A stretch of 64,000 bases of DNA, taken from Vicugna vicugna. Lineage: Eukaryota. Within the stretch, counting starts at the first letter, position 1, and every line of letters begins with the position of its first letter. Position numbers and translations under genes: made by a program. The stretch is taken from contig MU058345.1 in NCBI GenBank assembly GCA_013265495.1, positions 62,001-126,000 on the forward strand, in the 5' to 3' direction. Below, in pieces: positions 1-12,614 of the stretch. The notes beneath the pieces are model-generated. The model saw only the letters and a list, made by a program, of their open reading frames with translations, searched no databases and was not told the origin of the DNA.

Positions 1-107
1 TGGGAGCCTGGCCTGTGTGCAGAAAGGGTGTCTGGAGAAAAGACTTGGCTGGCTGGTACTGGGAAGGAGTGGATTTGGCAGTGACGAGGGCAGATAAGAC
101 ACAAACT

Positions 108-598
108 TGGTGGAGGGATTTTGCAGATGTAATTAAGGCCTCAAGTCAGTTGATTCTGAATTAATTAAAAGGCAGATTATCCTGGGTGAGGCTGCTTAAT
201 CAGATAAAAACCCTTAAAAGAGAAACTGGACCTTCACGGAAAGCAGAGACTCAAAGTAGCAGAAGCAATCTCCTGCTGGCCTCAGAGACGCTTCCTAGTG
301 CGAGAAGCCGGCTTCCAGGAGCTGAGCGCTTCCGTCCCACAACCAAGAGGAGCTGAGTGGAGAACCCCTTCACGTGTCCGTGCCCCAGCCCCACAGAACT
401 CCCGGTCCACGCTCCCTGCATCCCAGCCTCCAGACCCACTGGGTTAGTAACTACCTTCCTCCCCGCATTACCTTATTCCAGTTTCCATGACTTTTTTTCT
501 GCCCAGACTGCTGATCTACAGAACCGTGAGTAAATAAATGTGTGTTTAAAACTGCCAAATGTATGGTATTTGGTTACATGAAATAGATAACTAACAGA
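108..598 (+). mobile_element. MaLR solo LTR, MLT1 family (old subfamily)
   Basis: gggattttgcagatgtaattaagg...gattatcctggg...; 3' end agaaccgtgagtaaataaatgtgtgttt...tggtatttggttacatg...tagataactaaca. Confidence 0.8.
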
Positions 599-974
599 GA
601 GAGAGAAAAAAAATGACCTATAAACTTTACTTCTAATCTTAGCCCCTTTCTCAGGGACATACTCATCTAAGGGGTCTTGAACCAACAAAGAAGCATCAAA
701 GAAATGTGTCCAGTGTGAGCTTCCTTCCGCAGGGTCTTTTTCATATAGAAGATGACACAGAGCAGAGCAGCCACATCTCTCCCATTAGCCTGAAACACCC
801 CCTAGGCCAGCAGCCACACCCCCCACCACCTACGGATGCTTCCTGCCCACCCTCCTGCCGTCCCTGCAGGCCCTTAATTTCTCAGGTATCAGGAGACCTT
901 AGTTGAATAAGGTTTTCAAGCCTCTCCTCTCAAGAGAACAGGCATTGCAAACAACTCAAGGGAACCTCTATAGG

Positions 975-1318
975 GGTTTTGTTAAATAAATCATGTTACA
1001 TCCACATAATGAAGTACTATGCAGCTATTAAAGTAAAAAGGGAAGCCAACTGTATAACAACAGGGAAAATCTCCTGGATATATTGATAGGTGAAAAAGCA
1101 AAAATGAACATACTACCTTTTGTCTAAGAAAGGACTATAAAGGCATGCATTTGTATGGGCTGTGGGAGGACTGAGAAGACACAGCAAAAGCTAATTAATG
1201 CAGTTCCTTGTAAGAGGTGGAACGGGGAGGCAGGGGAGATGGGTGGATGAAAATGGTAGAAATGAGACAACTGAATATATTCCTTTTTGTATCATTTTTT
1301 TAACCTTTGAAGGTTATT
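975..1318 (+). mobile_element. Old L1 (L1ME-like) 3' fragment
   Basis: ttaaataaatcatgttacatccacataatgaagtactatgcagctattaaa...gatatattgataggtgaaaaagc is typical of L1M 3' ends. Confidence 0.65.
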
Positions 1319-1329
1319 TAAAAGTACTG

Positions 1330-1533
1330 GGCAAGGAAAAAATTTTTTTCTGTTTCTTTAATGTTGTACCTTTATGAGATGATGGATTTTCATTAAATCG
1401 TTTGCGACCATCATGTCATGATGTACGTGAGTCAAATCATTATGTTGTACGCCTTAAAATTATACGGTGTTGTATGTCAAATATCTCTCAAAAAAAGGAA
1501 AAAAAAAAACACCCAACCTGGGAAATAAATAAA
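1330..1533 (+). mobile_element. L1 (L1MC-like) 3' end with A-rich tail
   Basis: tgagatgatggat...gtcaaatcattatgttgtacgccttaaaattatacggtgttgtatgtcaa plus an A tail. Candidate TSD taaaagtactg (1319-1329) / taaaggtactg (1534-1544). Confidence 0.72.
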
Positions 1534-1887
1534 TAAAGGTACTGAAGCATTTTGAGGGGAAGAGATTCCTAAAGGACCAAAGGAACTAAGGAGCTATGAT
1601 CCTGTAATAGGCAGCCCCCGAATCACAATGAAAGAAGCCAGAGGTCAGATTTGATTTTGCAACCAAGAAAGTGATATCTCTATGTGCTAGTTCTGTTCGC
1701 CAAGTAACCTGGGCCTGTGTGACCAGGTACTTCTAAGAGGTCCTGAATGTGTGAGGGGGAAATGAAGGAGGCGTTAGGATGTTTGTGGGGCTGTATGTGG
1801 GGATGTCACAGTGTCCAGTCTAGGGCAACTCCAGATAACCCTGTTATCTGCAGGATTTGGTGGCAGACTGGTCAGGACATGGAAAGG

Positions 1888-2259
1888 GTTAAAGGCTGAA
1901 TTGTGTTCCCCTAAATTCACGTGTTGAGGTCCAGCCCGCAGTACCTCAGAATGTGACTATAAATGGAAAGTGGGTCTTTGAAGAAGTAGCTAAGTTAAAA
2001 TGAGGTCATTAGGGTCGGCCCTAATTCAGTATGACTGGTGTCCTTAAATGAACAGGAAATTAGGACACACCTGCACTGAGGGAAACCACTGGAAGGCACT
2101 GGGAGAAGACAGACATTTGCAAGCCAAAGAGAGAGGCCTCAGAAAAAACAGCCTTCCTGAGACGTTGACCTGGGACTTCTAGCCTCCAAAACTATGAGAA
2201 AATATTGACACCACCCATTCTGTGGTACTGTGTCATAGCGGCCGCGGCCAGCTAGTCCA
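1888..2259 (+). mobile_element. MaLR solo LTR (MLT1A/MLT1B-like)
   Basis: ggctgaattgtgttcccctaaattcacgtgttga...gtacctcagaatgtgact...aagttaaaatgaggtcattaggg...ggacttctagcctccaaaactatgagaaaata...tgtggtac; about 370 bp. Confidence 0.88.
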
Positions 2260-2559
2260 GGAGGGGACAGGAGGGAAAGGAGGACAGCTTTGCTAAGGAA
2301 GAGGTGAGCTCAGGAGAGAAGCAGGGACAAGGTGGGGAGGGGGTGGCACTCAGGGATCACAGCTTTGGGGGGTCCTGGGAGAAAAGGAAGAGGAGAGCAT
2401 GGAAGAGGGGAAGGAGGAAGTGTGTGTGGTTCTGAGGTGGGAGGAGGGGAGGCAGGGAGCAGAAGGCAACAAGTCTCTCATTTCTCTCTCTTAAAATCCC
2501 ATTTTCCCCAGAGCCAGCCCTTCCCCAGGGCCATCCTCTCAATGTCCCTCTGTTCTGCT

Positions 2560-3200
2560 CGGGGAGCAGAAGGTCTGGCTCTGAGGGGACTGTGCAGCGC
2601 TGCCCCCGCCCCTCCCCACCATCTGACGGCCCATTGTGCGCGCAGCGCTCGGAGGGCCGAGGGGAACATCCCCTCGGCCCCCAGGGCTCCCGGGTGCCAT
2701 CGGAGCAGAAGGGGCCGGTCCCAGGCTGGGGAGGGGGCTGCAGGTGGGGGCTGGGCAGCCAGGGATTTGCCGCGGCCTCAGCTGGCAGGGTTCCAGTTCC
2801 CCCACCCCCACCCCGCCGGCTCCCCGCCACCGCCGCCCCTGGGCCCTGCGGCAGCTGGGCCGGCGCCCTCGCCCTCCCCCAGGCCTTTGTGGCTCCAGTT
2901 TATTTCCCAGTTAATGAAGTGGGGGGAGGCTGCGTCCCGGCTGCTGCCCCTGGAGACGCCAGAGTTCTGAAGGCATCCCCTCTGGGAGGCCTCAGCCTGC
3001 GCCCGAGTCCCCATCCCTCGCCCCCGCCGCAGGCGGCCCGCGGGTCCCACCTGCCGAGCGCCCGCCGCCCGGGCCGCATCCTCGCCGGGGGCCAGTGCGA
3101 AGAGGCCACGGCCGAGGCCGGCGCTGGGAGGAGAGCGAGGGAAAGGAAAAACCAGACGCCGAGGTCGAACTCTCCTTCTGCCAGCTGTGCGTCTTCCATC
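2560..3200. promoter_or_regulatory. Orphan CpG island about 13 kb upstream of KIRREL1 exon 1
   Basis: Very high GC, many retained CpGs and GC boxes; no recognisable repeat or coding similarity. Confidence 0.7.
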
Positions 3201-3329
3201 AAGTTACTCGGCCTCTCTGAGTTTAAGACAAGCAGTGGAGTCTGGGAACTTAGCTTCCCTCTGGAGTCAGGGAAGGCGTGGGAAACAGGACTTAGATCGT
3301 GAGAAACAGGAGACCACCTTCTGGGTTGT

Positions 3330-3502
3330 ATCCAGGCTTTGCAGCCTCCCAGCTGAGCAACCTTGGGCAGGTTACCTAACATCTCTGGGACTTTTTAGTT
3401 CCTTCATCTGTAAAATGGAGGAAACAAGTTATTAAGAGAGGAGTAAACAAGATATTTCATAGTAAAGCACTTGGAATAATGCAGGCACGTAGTAAACTTC
3501 AG
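3330..3502 (+). mobile_element. MIR SINE
   Basis: accttgggcaggttacctaacatctctggg...ccttcatctgtaaaatgg...gtaaagcacttggaataatgcaggcacgtagtaa. Confidence 0.8.
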
Positions 3503-3572
3503 GGAAAGTCATGCCATCCTTATCGCGGTTATTTATTATTATTTTTTCTTAATAAAATGCCAATGCTGTGGA

Positions 3573-4888
3573 CAGAGACAAAACCAATTTTATGGGGTCT
3601 GAAGCTTATACTTTTGTTTGTTTGTTTTTTGGGGGGGGGCTTCCTTAAAGGAAAAGAATACAAAATTAAAAATGCAAAAGTAGGTACAGAAGTGAAAAAT
3701 GTATTTTCAAAATGAGAAAAGGATTCATAACAAGTCACAAACTTCAAAAAGTTGGCAAATCAAAAATCATTAAAAATTCAGAAAAATATTATAATCATTT
3801 TTGTTAATTAACTGCCTGACATACCCGTACAATATTTTTTCTGCTTTTTTTGGCTGCATACCCTTTGATTGATTCCTCATAATGAGTTTGCAATGTTTTT
3901 TATAGAGAGAACAGAAGGATAATTCAGTTTTCTTCTAACATAGTTGATCAGAATTTATCTTTTTATTTTTGATAGTCTTTAAAAGTGTCTTTCAACTTTG
4001 AAACTGCTATTGGTAATACCACATACACTTTTAGGATTGTTGTCATTTTTGAAAAACAAAAAGATCTATACACTTTAAAAAAAATAATTAAGCTGTAAGA
4101 TTTCCCATTTTCTTATGTTGTAACTAATTGTAAATACTTCTTATAAAGGACGCCAGTCATTATTACCCAGTTTGTCCTCATTGTTGAGACCTATTATGAG
4201 TTTTATATTATTATCATCAAATCACCAAGAAATTTAAAACTTTTTCCAATGTAAGTATATGTAAGTATATTACTTTTCTTCATTAATTGAATTATTAAAC
4301 AATCCCAGAGCCTGTTAGAGATCTATTTTTTCTTCTTAATGCATTATCTCTTAGAGGATAATCTGAGTTTTGTGTTACAGTTCCCTTTTTAATGTCAGAA
4401 TAATTTATATTCAATAATTTCATATACAGATACAAGGGAAACATTTTTGTATGGTGTATTTATAATTCATGCACTACATCATTTAGGCATATTCCTGACA
4501 GGAAAGAACTTTCATTTTTGACAAAGCACTCATGAGCACTAAACCCACCACTTGCAATATTACATGTCAGGTGGGTAGAAGAATTTTCCATGGACTAGCT
4601 TCTGGCTCCATACATTTCAAACACTTTATCCACCCTAAATATACTCCCAACTCAGTTTCCACTTAGCCAGACCCCCAGAAGGCCCATGGCTGCTCTGTCA
4701 CCTGACATGAGGGGAGGTGGGATGGAGGGGAAGTTATAATGAAAAGAAACAACAATCAATTGCAATTACCATGTTTTACCCTTGCATTTTTTATGCAGAA
4801 CCACATGAATGCCCTGGCTGGGTGCCACCCAGGGCCTTAGAAGGGCCTTGAGCAAGTAAGCATTAACTTCATGGTAAGTCTGCCCCTA
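3573..4888. mobile_element. Non-autonomous hAT DNA transposon, Arthur1B/MER69B-like, near full length (~1.3 kb)
   Basis: Ends cagagacaaaaccaattttatggggtctgaagcttatac and agggccttagaagggcc...cattaacttcatggtaagtctgccccta match recalled Arthur1/MER69 termini. AT-rich interior. 8-bp TSD gctgtgga (3565-3572) / gttgtaga (4889-4896), 6/8 identical. Confidence 0.8.
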
Positions 4889-5057
4889 GTTGTAGATTCT
4901 TGGGCTAGATATAATTTTATGGGCTCTAAAAGGCTTCTCTATAGTACCCCCAAAATGCCTCCTTATTGAGTATCAAAATATCTATAACTGCACTGTCAGA
5001 AATACATTTCTTTTGTTAAAACATTGCCCCAGAGCTAGCTCTCTTTTAAAATTTATC

Positions 5058-5495
5058 TAGATGGACCTAAAGATTATTATACTAAGTAAAGTAAGCCAGA
5101 AAGAGGAAGACAGATACCATATGATATCACTTTTATGTGGAATGTAAACAAATGACACAAATGAACTTTTTTTATAAAACAGAAACACACTCACAGACAT
5201 AGAAAACAAACTTATGGTTACGGGGGGTGGGGAGGTAGGCAGGGGATAAATTAGGAGTTTAGGATTTGCAGCTACTAACTATTATATATAAAATAGATAA
5301 ACAGTAAGGTCCTACTCTTTAGCACAAGGAACTATATTCAATATCTCGTAGTAACCTATAATGGAAAAAATATGAAAAAGAATATATATATGTGTGTATA
5401 ACTGAATCACTGTGCTGTTCACCAGAGATTAACCCAACATTGTAAATCAACTATACTTTAGTAAAAATAAATTAATTAATTAAAATGAAATAAAA
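5058..5495 (+). mobile_element. Cetartiodactyl-type L1 3' end, 5'-truncated
   Basis: atggacctaaagattattatactaagtaaagtaagccaga...caaacttatggtta...ggaactatattcaatatct...aacattgtaaatcaactatactt plus an A-rich tail. Confidence 0.9.
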
Positions 5496-6502
5496 TACGT
5501 CTGGGTCAGGGAGGTGGGCGGAGGGAAGATAAGGAGTCCCTCACATTTTAGGATAAACTCATTCACCAAGGGAAGTTTAGAGCAGTGGGAGCGCTCTCGA
5601 GATTGTGGGATAAAGCTTCAAGAAAGAGCCTGTATCACCAAAGGCAAACTTCTTTCAATCCACGTGGCTGTCACACGGGTAATGAATGTGCTGAATTCTG
5701 CAGCCAAATTTGGGGTCGCAAGTGGCCTGTGTGAGGAGGTGGAGTTGGGGGACACTTCTGCAGGGACTCAGCATTGTTTTTAGTCACTTTCCAATTCTAA
5801 GCAATGAGAGAAGAGATGAGAATTATTGATAATACTAATAACAGTTTTCAACAACCTCACTCTGCTTGGTAAATATCTTGGATTTTATTCAGTGCTTTAC
5901 GCCTCATGCTGGCGACCTAGCTGAGGATGAGCTGGGAAGACACAGATTTTCTGGTTTGCTCTCATTTGCCTCCCCCACGGTCCCGGAGACCATGAGCCAC
6001 ACCACCCACACCCTACTCCCCAGTCACCTGGGGTAATTTCTAGTTCCCACTTTCCCTGAGGCAAGCATTTGATGGTTTGGTTGTGAGAGGGAGGATCTCA
6101 TTTCTCTTTCCATTTAGACTCTACGTAGAGATGGTGGTGAAATCACCCACGAAGACCCAGACGCAGATGCGGGGAGGATGCAGAGGAGAGCCCGTGTCCC
6201 GAGCAGCGGGTGGCTGCCGGCTGACTGTGTATTTCTCCGTCCCACTTGCTGGCTCTGAGTTTTCCTTTCCCAGTGGAAATGAGGCAGGGGAGGGGTAGGC
6301 CCTGAGAACACAGACAGGACCAGGGGCTTCTTCTTTCAAAGCAGCGATTCTCTGACCAGCCTCCTCAGAAAACCCCACTTTGATAATCCCAGCATCTGAG
6401 CAATCCACACCGGAACCATCTATGAAGAGGCAGGCTGTCAGCGGGCTGCGTGTCGTGTCTTTGAGAAGCGAATGAAAATCCTGGAATAGTAGATAGAAAC
6501 CA

Positions 6503-6608
6503 GCACGAGGTCCTGGGTTCGATCCCCAGTACCTTCATTAATAAAAATAAACAAATAAATACAAATTTAAAATCCTTGAAAAAAAAAAGAAAGAAAGAAA
6601 GAAAGAAA
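6503..6608 (+). mobile_element. 5'-truncated tRNA-Ala-derived SINE (camelid Vic-1-like) with A/GAAA tail
   Basis: gcacgaggtcctgggttcgatccccagtacc is the 3' half of tRNA-Ala(AGC), followed by an A-rich tail and (GAAA)n. Confidence 0.85.
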
Positions 6609-7914
6609 GGACCCAGGCTATAGAATGCACAGCCCAAGGTCTCCAGGAATAGAACAAACATGGTAGATTTTAATGTTCTAGTTGAGGATCCTATGGTCAC
6701 ATTTACTTGCTGTGCGCCTTTGGGCAAGCCGCTTAACCTCTCTTTGACTCAATCCCCCTACACAGAAGCAGGAATGGTGGCGCCCTTCTTGTCATATGAG
6801 GATTGAAAATCATGCTGGTACAGCTTCTACCTCCATGCTGGACATGCTTTCGATGCTTGAGGGAGACGAGGTTCACAGAAGGGATGGATATTTGATTGAA
6901 CAAACATTCTCAGAGCTTCTGCCATGTGGCAGGTCTTGAGCAGACCCTGAGAGAGGAATTGGGATGTGTGGGGAAAGCACTCACAGCCTGAGGTGGGAAC
7001 AAGGTGTGTGCGTGCAAGCTTCGCCCCGTGAACGGTGGTCTGGAGGAACGGAGAGCACAGAGGTGGCGGTGCTGGGAAGAGGGAACCAAAAGGCACATCA
7101 CCCCACTGGGCAGCTCAGGGCCAGCGCTGCGTCTGAAGCGGGCCTCGAAGGAGCCGTTCTGACTGCAGAAAAATGTACCCCATGGAGGGCAAAGCATGAG
7201 CAAAGGCACAAGTAGGTAAACACCCAGGGGCCATCTGGGGAAACTCAGTGGAGATTAGGGACCACGTGGCGTGAGTAGGTAAAGCTGCCCACGGAGCCCA
7301 AAGGTAAGTGAAGGCCAGGGAGGCTTTGCACGTCTTTTGTTCACGACTCGCTAGCGCATGGAAACTGCAGCAGGGTTCTGAATGCATGTTTTTGGCGAGA
7401 CAGCTCCAATCTTCAGAGCATCCTGGTACCCTCAGTGCAGGGGCCCAGCCCAGCCATCCTGTTTGCTACGGCCACCGTGGAACAGGAGAACGAGGGAGGG
7501 CAGGCGGGCAGGGAGAAGCACTAGTGAGTTACACTGTTATAAATACACTTTAGGGCTGTGTGACTCGGCCATAAATCGCCGCACTGTGCTCAGGTGATGT
7601 CACCCAGCGCTCGGCTGTATTTATAGCTTTGCTCACTGTTCCCTGGGATTCTTTTTTTTTTTTTTTTTTTTTACACACTCACTCTGAACAAGAGAAGATA
7701 AACTTACATGTCATTTCTCCTCTTTTTCTTCTGGCCTGGAAGGATGATTTACTGGGACTTACTAAATGCTACCTAGTGGGGAAGTTCCCCTTCTAGTCTA
7801 ACTGCTAGCCCGCTGGCTCTGTACTTTGTTAAATGGAACCTATCGCCTTCGCTACTCCAGGATATCCTTTGTAGAATTCAGAAGACGGACCATCTCTCTC
7901 TTTCCCTCAGTCCT

Positions 7915-8738
7915 AAGAGCCTGCTATGTGCAGGCACTATGGTGACAGCAGTAAACAGTACTGGAAGTCTCTACATACAGGGCTTATGATCCAACATGAA
8001 AAATGATGATCCAGACACTGAATATCTAATTACAAGTGTGATCAGTGCTGCCAGTGAAAACAGAGGGTGCTTGAAGGCAAGAACAAGGTGATCTAAACTG
8101 TTTGTGGGGATTAGAGAGGCTTCCATGGGGAAGTGGCAGTCACCGTGAGGTCTGAGGGATGAGGAGGACTTAGCCTAGGGGATAAGGCATGGGTAGGGCC
8201 CAGGGTGGAAAAGGCAAAAGGTGCAGGCAAAAGAATAGGGTGTGTGGAGGCCCCATTGATGAAAGATATGTGGCCAGTTCCCCAAACTCGAAGACTTTTG
8301 GAGCTGGGGTGTAAGGGGCAAGAGGGAGTGTAGGGAGGAGTGAGGCTGGGAGGCAAGGCAGATCCTTCCCAAGCAGGCTCTGGTACCTAACGGGAAGATT
8401 CTGGGTCTGATCCACTGTGCAATGGAGTCACTGATGAGTTTTAAGGAGGGGAATGAGGTAGTCAAATCTGAGCTTAAGAAAGATCGTTGGGGCTGCAGAC
8501 AAACAGAACTGCGGAGAACAGCCAAGAGGCCTTTGCTGCTGGCCAGGCAGGAGATGATGTAGCCTGGACCAAGGTGGTGGCAGTGGAGATGGAAGGAAAT
8601 GAAAGTAACTAACTCCCTTGGAAATAATGGCCAGCAGGAATTGGAGGCAGATTGAGTATGGATGGAGAGGAAGAAAGAGCAGTCAGGTACCACCAGCAGG
8701 TCTTTGTTTAAACAACATGATGGAGGCTGGTGCCATTC
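7915..8738 (-). mobile_element. L2 LINE fragment, interrupted by an L1 and resuming near 9155-9200
   Basis: gagcctgctatgtgcaggcact...gagttttaaggaggggaatga...gatgatgtagcctggaccaaggtggtggcagtggagatgg...ggtgccatt is typical antisense L2. Confidence 0.8.
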
Positions 8739-8754
8739 TTTAAAAAAAGAAAAA

Positions 8755-9152
8755 ATCACGTTATTGAGGTATGATTGACGTACCAAAAGCTGCACATATT
8801 TAATGTATACAACTTGGTGAGTTTGGAAATAACCGTTCATCCATGAAACCATTACCATCTATGCAACCCTCTATGCCAAAAACATACCACTACCTATAAA
8901 ATCATCTATGCCAAAAATACCCATCACCTCCAAATATTTCTTTCTGCCTCTTTTTATGTATTATTATGATTTTATTTTGTGATAAGAACACTTAACATAA
9001 GATTTACTCTCTTAACAAACGTTTAAGTATACAGTGCAGCATTAACTGTCGGCGCTGGGATTTACGCCTCTTGTGTAACTGAAACTTTGTACCTTTTGAC
9101 TAATAGCCCCTCTTTCTTCTCCCCTGTCCCCTGGCAAGCACCATCCTACTCT
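8755..9152 (-). mobile_element. L1MA/L1MB-like 3' UTR nested in L2
   Basis: ttattgaggtatgattgac...aagctgcacatatttaatgtatacaactt...taagaacacttaacataagattt...taactgaaactttgtacc. Confidence 0.85.
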
Positions 9153-9929
9153 CAGATAGTGCCTCTTGAAAGGACCACTGAAGGAGGAGCCAGGTTTCTC
9201 TTGTTTTGTCCTTTGTCACCAGGGAACAAACGTTTCCTCTGGATTTACTTTCCCCTAGACCTAGTCCCAAAGCCTAGACACGGGCTGGATGTGAGGAGGA
9301 CTTGGGGAGGGGGCTGGAGGAAGATGGAGGCTCAGGAAGGAGGGGAAACTGCCAGGGCCTGACAGAGGAGGTCTGGATGCCAGGGCCTTATTGCTGGCTG
9401 TGTTTTGGAAGCTGGAATAGAGGCACCGAGGGACATTAAATCAACATTCTCCATCTGTCCATTTAGGAAATGCCACCAAAACCAGCAGCCAGACCCTGCC
9501 TGGCAGCCACCGCTAGGCCTGTTCCCTGGCACAGGAAATGGGAAGCCGGTGGGAAGAGGGGGACACTGGGGCTTGGAGCACGGCTGTCTCGTGTAAGAAG
9601 GCCCACCAGGTCATGTGCAGGGAGTTGGGGAGTGGGTCCCTGACCCTGGATCTCAGGAACAATCCTGGCTGGAAATGAGCCTCAAGAGTTTCAAGAAGCA
9701 GTTCTCAGTCAGGGGGCCTCTACAGCACGCCCCGTGCATGCTCCCGTGGAACCCTCGGCAGGCATCTCCTGGGGACAGTCTCAGACTCCTTAGCACCTTA
9801 GCAGAGGTGAACATGACAAAGGTACCACGGGGCCGTCGGAGCTAGCAGGAAACTGAGGCCCAGAGAGGGGAGCTGTCCTACCTAAGGCCACATTTCAGAC
9901 TTTGAAGATCCTAATTCTCAATACTTGAC

Positions 9930-10190
9930 TCTAGGAAACTTTCCTTGATGTCTCCAGGCCAAGTTCAGTAACTCATGCTCTGCACTCTTAGAGAAATGGG
10001 CATTTCCCTACCTCTGCACCTCCCAGCTCAGTTGTAGTCATCCGTCCATCCTTCCTGCTAGGTGTAGCTCCAGGAGAACAAGGGGCGTGATTTATTCACC
10101 TGTATGTCCTAAGTCCTTAGCCCAGTGCCTGGGCACAGGGTCAGCTTTTAATACGTGTTTGTGAGATGAAGGGATGGACGAATGGGTGAA
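9930..10190 (+). mobile_element. L2 3' end
   Basis: tttattcacctgtatgtcc...cttagcccagtgcctgggcacag...aatacgtgtttgtgagatgaa...gaatg terminal motif. Confidence 0.65.
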
Positions 10191-10327
10191 CAACCTAATT
10201 AATTAATCTTAACCCAAGCCTTTAGCAAGCCTCTACTGGTGTTATTAGGGCTGGAGTGACATTGTTAAGGGTTGTGCTTTAAGTTTATGGCCCCTTTTAT
10301 GATAAGAGTTAAGTAAGCGTAACTCTT

Positions 10328-10505
10328 TTTTTTTAATTGAAGTATAGTCAGTTTACAATGTTGGGTCAATTTTTGGTGTACAGTGTAATGTTTCAGTCAT
10401 ACATATACATATATATACACATTCCTTTTCATATTCTTTCTCATTATCGGTTACTACAAGATATTGAATATAGTTCCCTGTGCTATATAGAGAAAACTTT
10501 TTGTT
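10328..10505 (-). mobile_element. Young cetartiodactyl/camelid L1 3' end with TSD
   Basis: T-run then aattgaagtatagtcagtttacaatgttg...gatattgaatatagttccctgtgctata. TSD taagcgtaactctt (10314-10327) / taagcctaattctt (10506-10519). Confidence 0.9.
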
Positions 10506-12614
10506 TAAGCCTAATTCTTATATTTCCATTCATGTGAACTTTATTCAACTTCACCTTTAAACCTGCTATGATGTTTACTGACCTTAATACAACTTCAGGC
10601 CATAATCTTAGCTGCCAGCTTGCTCTCATATCTAGCTTGGATGCAAACATAAGCCACCATTCTCGCAGCCCGTCCTGACACTAAATAGATCCAATGCTGG
10701 GTGGTTTTAGGTCTCTGAAGAAGCACTAGGGGATGCTAAGGGTCAGGAGACTGTGGGCTTGGGAGTAAGAGCCAAGGAAACTGAAACCAAGTGCCAAAGG
10801 AAGATGAGAGACTCCCTTTCCCCTGAGCATCCGCACCTTCTGCCCACTTGATTCTCTGATTTTCAGGTACCCACAGGAGACCAGAGCTACATAATGATCG
10901 GGACAGTTTGGACATAAGTGGTGCCTTTGCTGATAAAAGCACCCGGAATGGGTCCAGGTGCGGGGCTGGGAAGGCTGGCGTTAGCAAGACACATGGGTGA
11001 ATCCTGCCCAAGAAGCAAGAGGCCCGGCTTCTGGTCCCAGCCCCACGATCACTGTAACTTACTTTGTCACCTTTACAGATCATTTCACCATCTCAAAAGG
11101 GAGCGGACTTCACATGGTCGGGGGCTTCATCTGGTTCTGAAGCCTGGCGTTTGAGTCATTAGTTCACATTACTTTCTACTTTTTCCTAATTAAGTGTATT
11201 CCCCCTCTCCCCTTTTCCGCGCCCACACCCACACCCACTCCCCTCCTCCGTGCCCCTGCCTGGGGCCCCTGATCCCTCTTTTCTTTCTCTAAGCTGATCT
11301 TCCCAACCTGGCTGCTCATTTGAAGCAGGAATCTTCCAATCCCTGTGAGCTGAGGCAATGAAATCCTCATTAAGCCTAATAAGAGATAACTGGTCCATTT
11401 AGCACAAATTGTCTCCCCATGTTGGAGCTGGAATGTGAAACACTGAGAAAGAGAGGGCTGAGATGAGTGGGAAGGAACGGACCACAGTTGCTCTCAGGCG
11501 AGGCTGGTGCGCGGTAAACACACCCTGGGAGCTTGTCTTTTCCAAGGTCATCCTTTCAAGGCCCCTGCCTTGGGGCAGCTTCAGCCTATCCAAACCTCTC
11601 CCCAAATATGTTGGACACGCCTCTTCAGTAGACGGTCCCTTCTGAGGTCTAGCCTTTAGTCATCTGCTTCACTGGCAGCACTGCTCCCTCAGACACCCCC
11701 TGACCCCCACACCCCATCCAAGGAGCCCAGTCCCTGGGTCCACCCTCCTCGGAGGGACCTTTAAGGAGTAGTCAGGGCACTTCAGCAGCTGCTGCTCTTC
11801 TCCCTGCCCCCACTGCCACCCTCACGGGGCAGATTTGAATCTTTCCCCATCACCATTAAGACTGTCCAGTGTCTCTGCTCTGATTCTCATATATCTCGAA
11901 AGCTGGGCATCTGAAGGAAAAGGAGGAGAGAAAATGGACTGGTATAGGCAGCAGGAAAGCCCAAGGACTGATATCTGGAAGGACTTACACAGCCACGTGG
12001 GCTGTAAGACACAGAAGTGGAGGAGGAATGAGGACAAGCCCCTTTGCTGGGAGGACTTTGGAAGAAGGGGAGCATCTCTCAGTGCTCTCTGCAGCAGGGG
12101 GAGGGAGGGACATGGTGACCTCTGGCACCTCCTTGCCCTTGGGGACTCAGGGTTTCCTTTCCGGTCAGGATTATCTTCCAGGCTGAAAATCAGGATCTTG
12201 GCCTTTCCCTTTTGTGTCTCTGGTAAGCAACAGGAACACCATACCCCGCCCCCTTGAGGGGGAGAGAGGACAATTTATAGAATTGTTCTGTTCTTAGTCT
12301 TCATTGAGACAAAGAATTCATTTCCGTCTCTCAGGGTGGCTTCTCCTGCTGGTGGTCATAAATTGCCTTCCTGCTCACTCGCTGACCCCTTGATCTCTTT
12401 GCTGTTGTGCTCAAAAAATTATGAATATTTCTCTTAACTCCATATATAACCTTTGGCTGCTTCTCTCTCTTTTTCTGGGTGAAGTAGCGTCCTTAGGGAT
12501 TAAGCCTGCCCGCTTCTCTCTGGGCAGGCCCTGCGCATGGGGATGAAGACTAATCCAGCAGGAGGAAGGCTGGAAAGGTCCCTGCCTTGGGGAGCTCCCA
12601 AACTGAAAGTAATC

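Noticed and set aside
2332..3382. Several 150-236 aa ORFs over the upstream CpG island
   Set aside because: Open on both strands and in several frames because stop codons are rare in GC-rich DNA; G/P/R/A-biased with no recognisable homology.
7538..7672. Hairpin plus poly-T read as an intrinsic terminator
   Set aside because: This is mammalian DNA, so bacterial terminators do not apply. The palindrome is reported separately.
8175..8858. 227-aa ORF, and the 213-aa ORF at 62473-63114, as retroelement proteins
   Set aside because: They overlie decayed L2/L1 sequence with no intact reverse transcriptase or endonuclease motifs.
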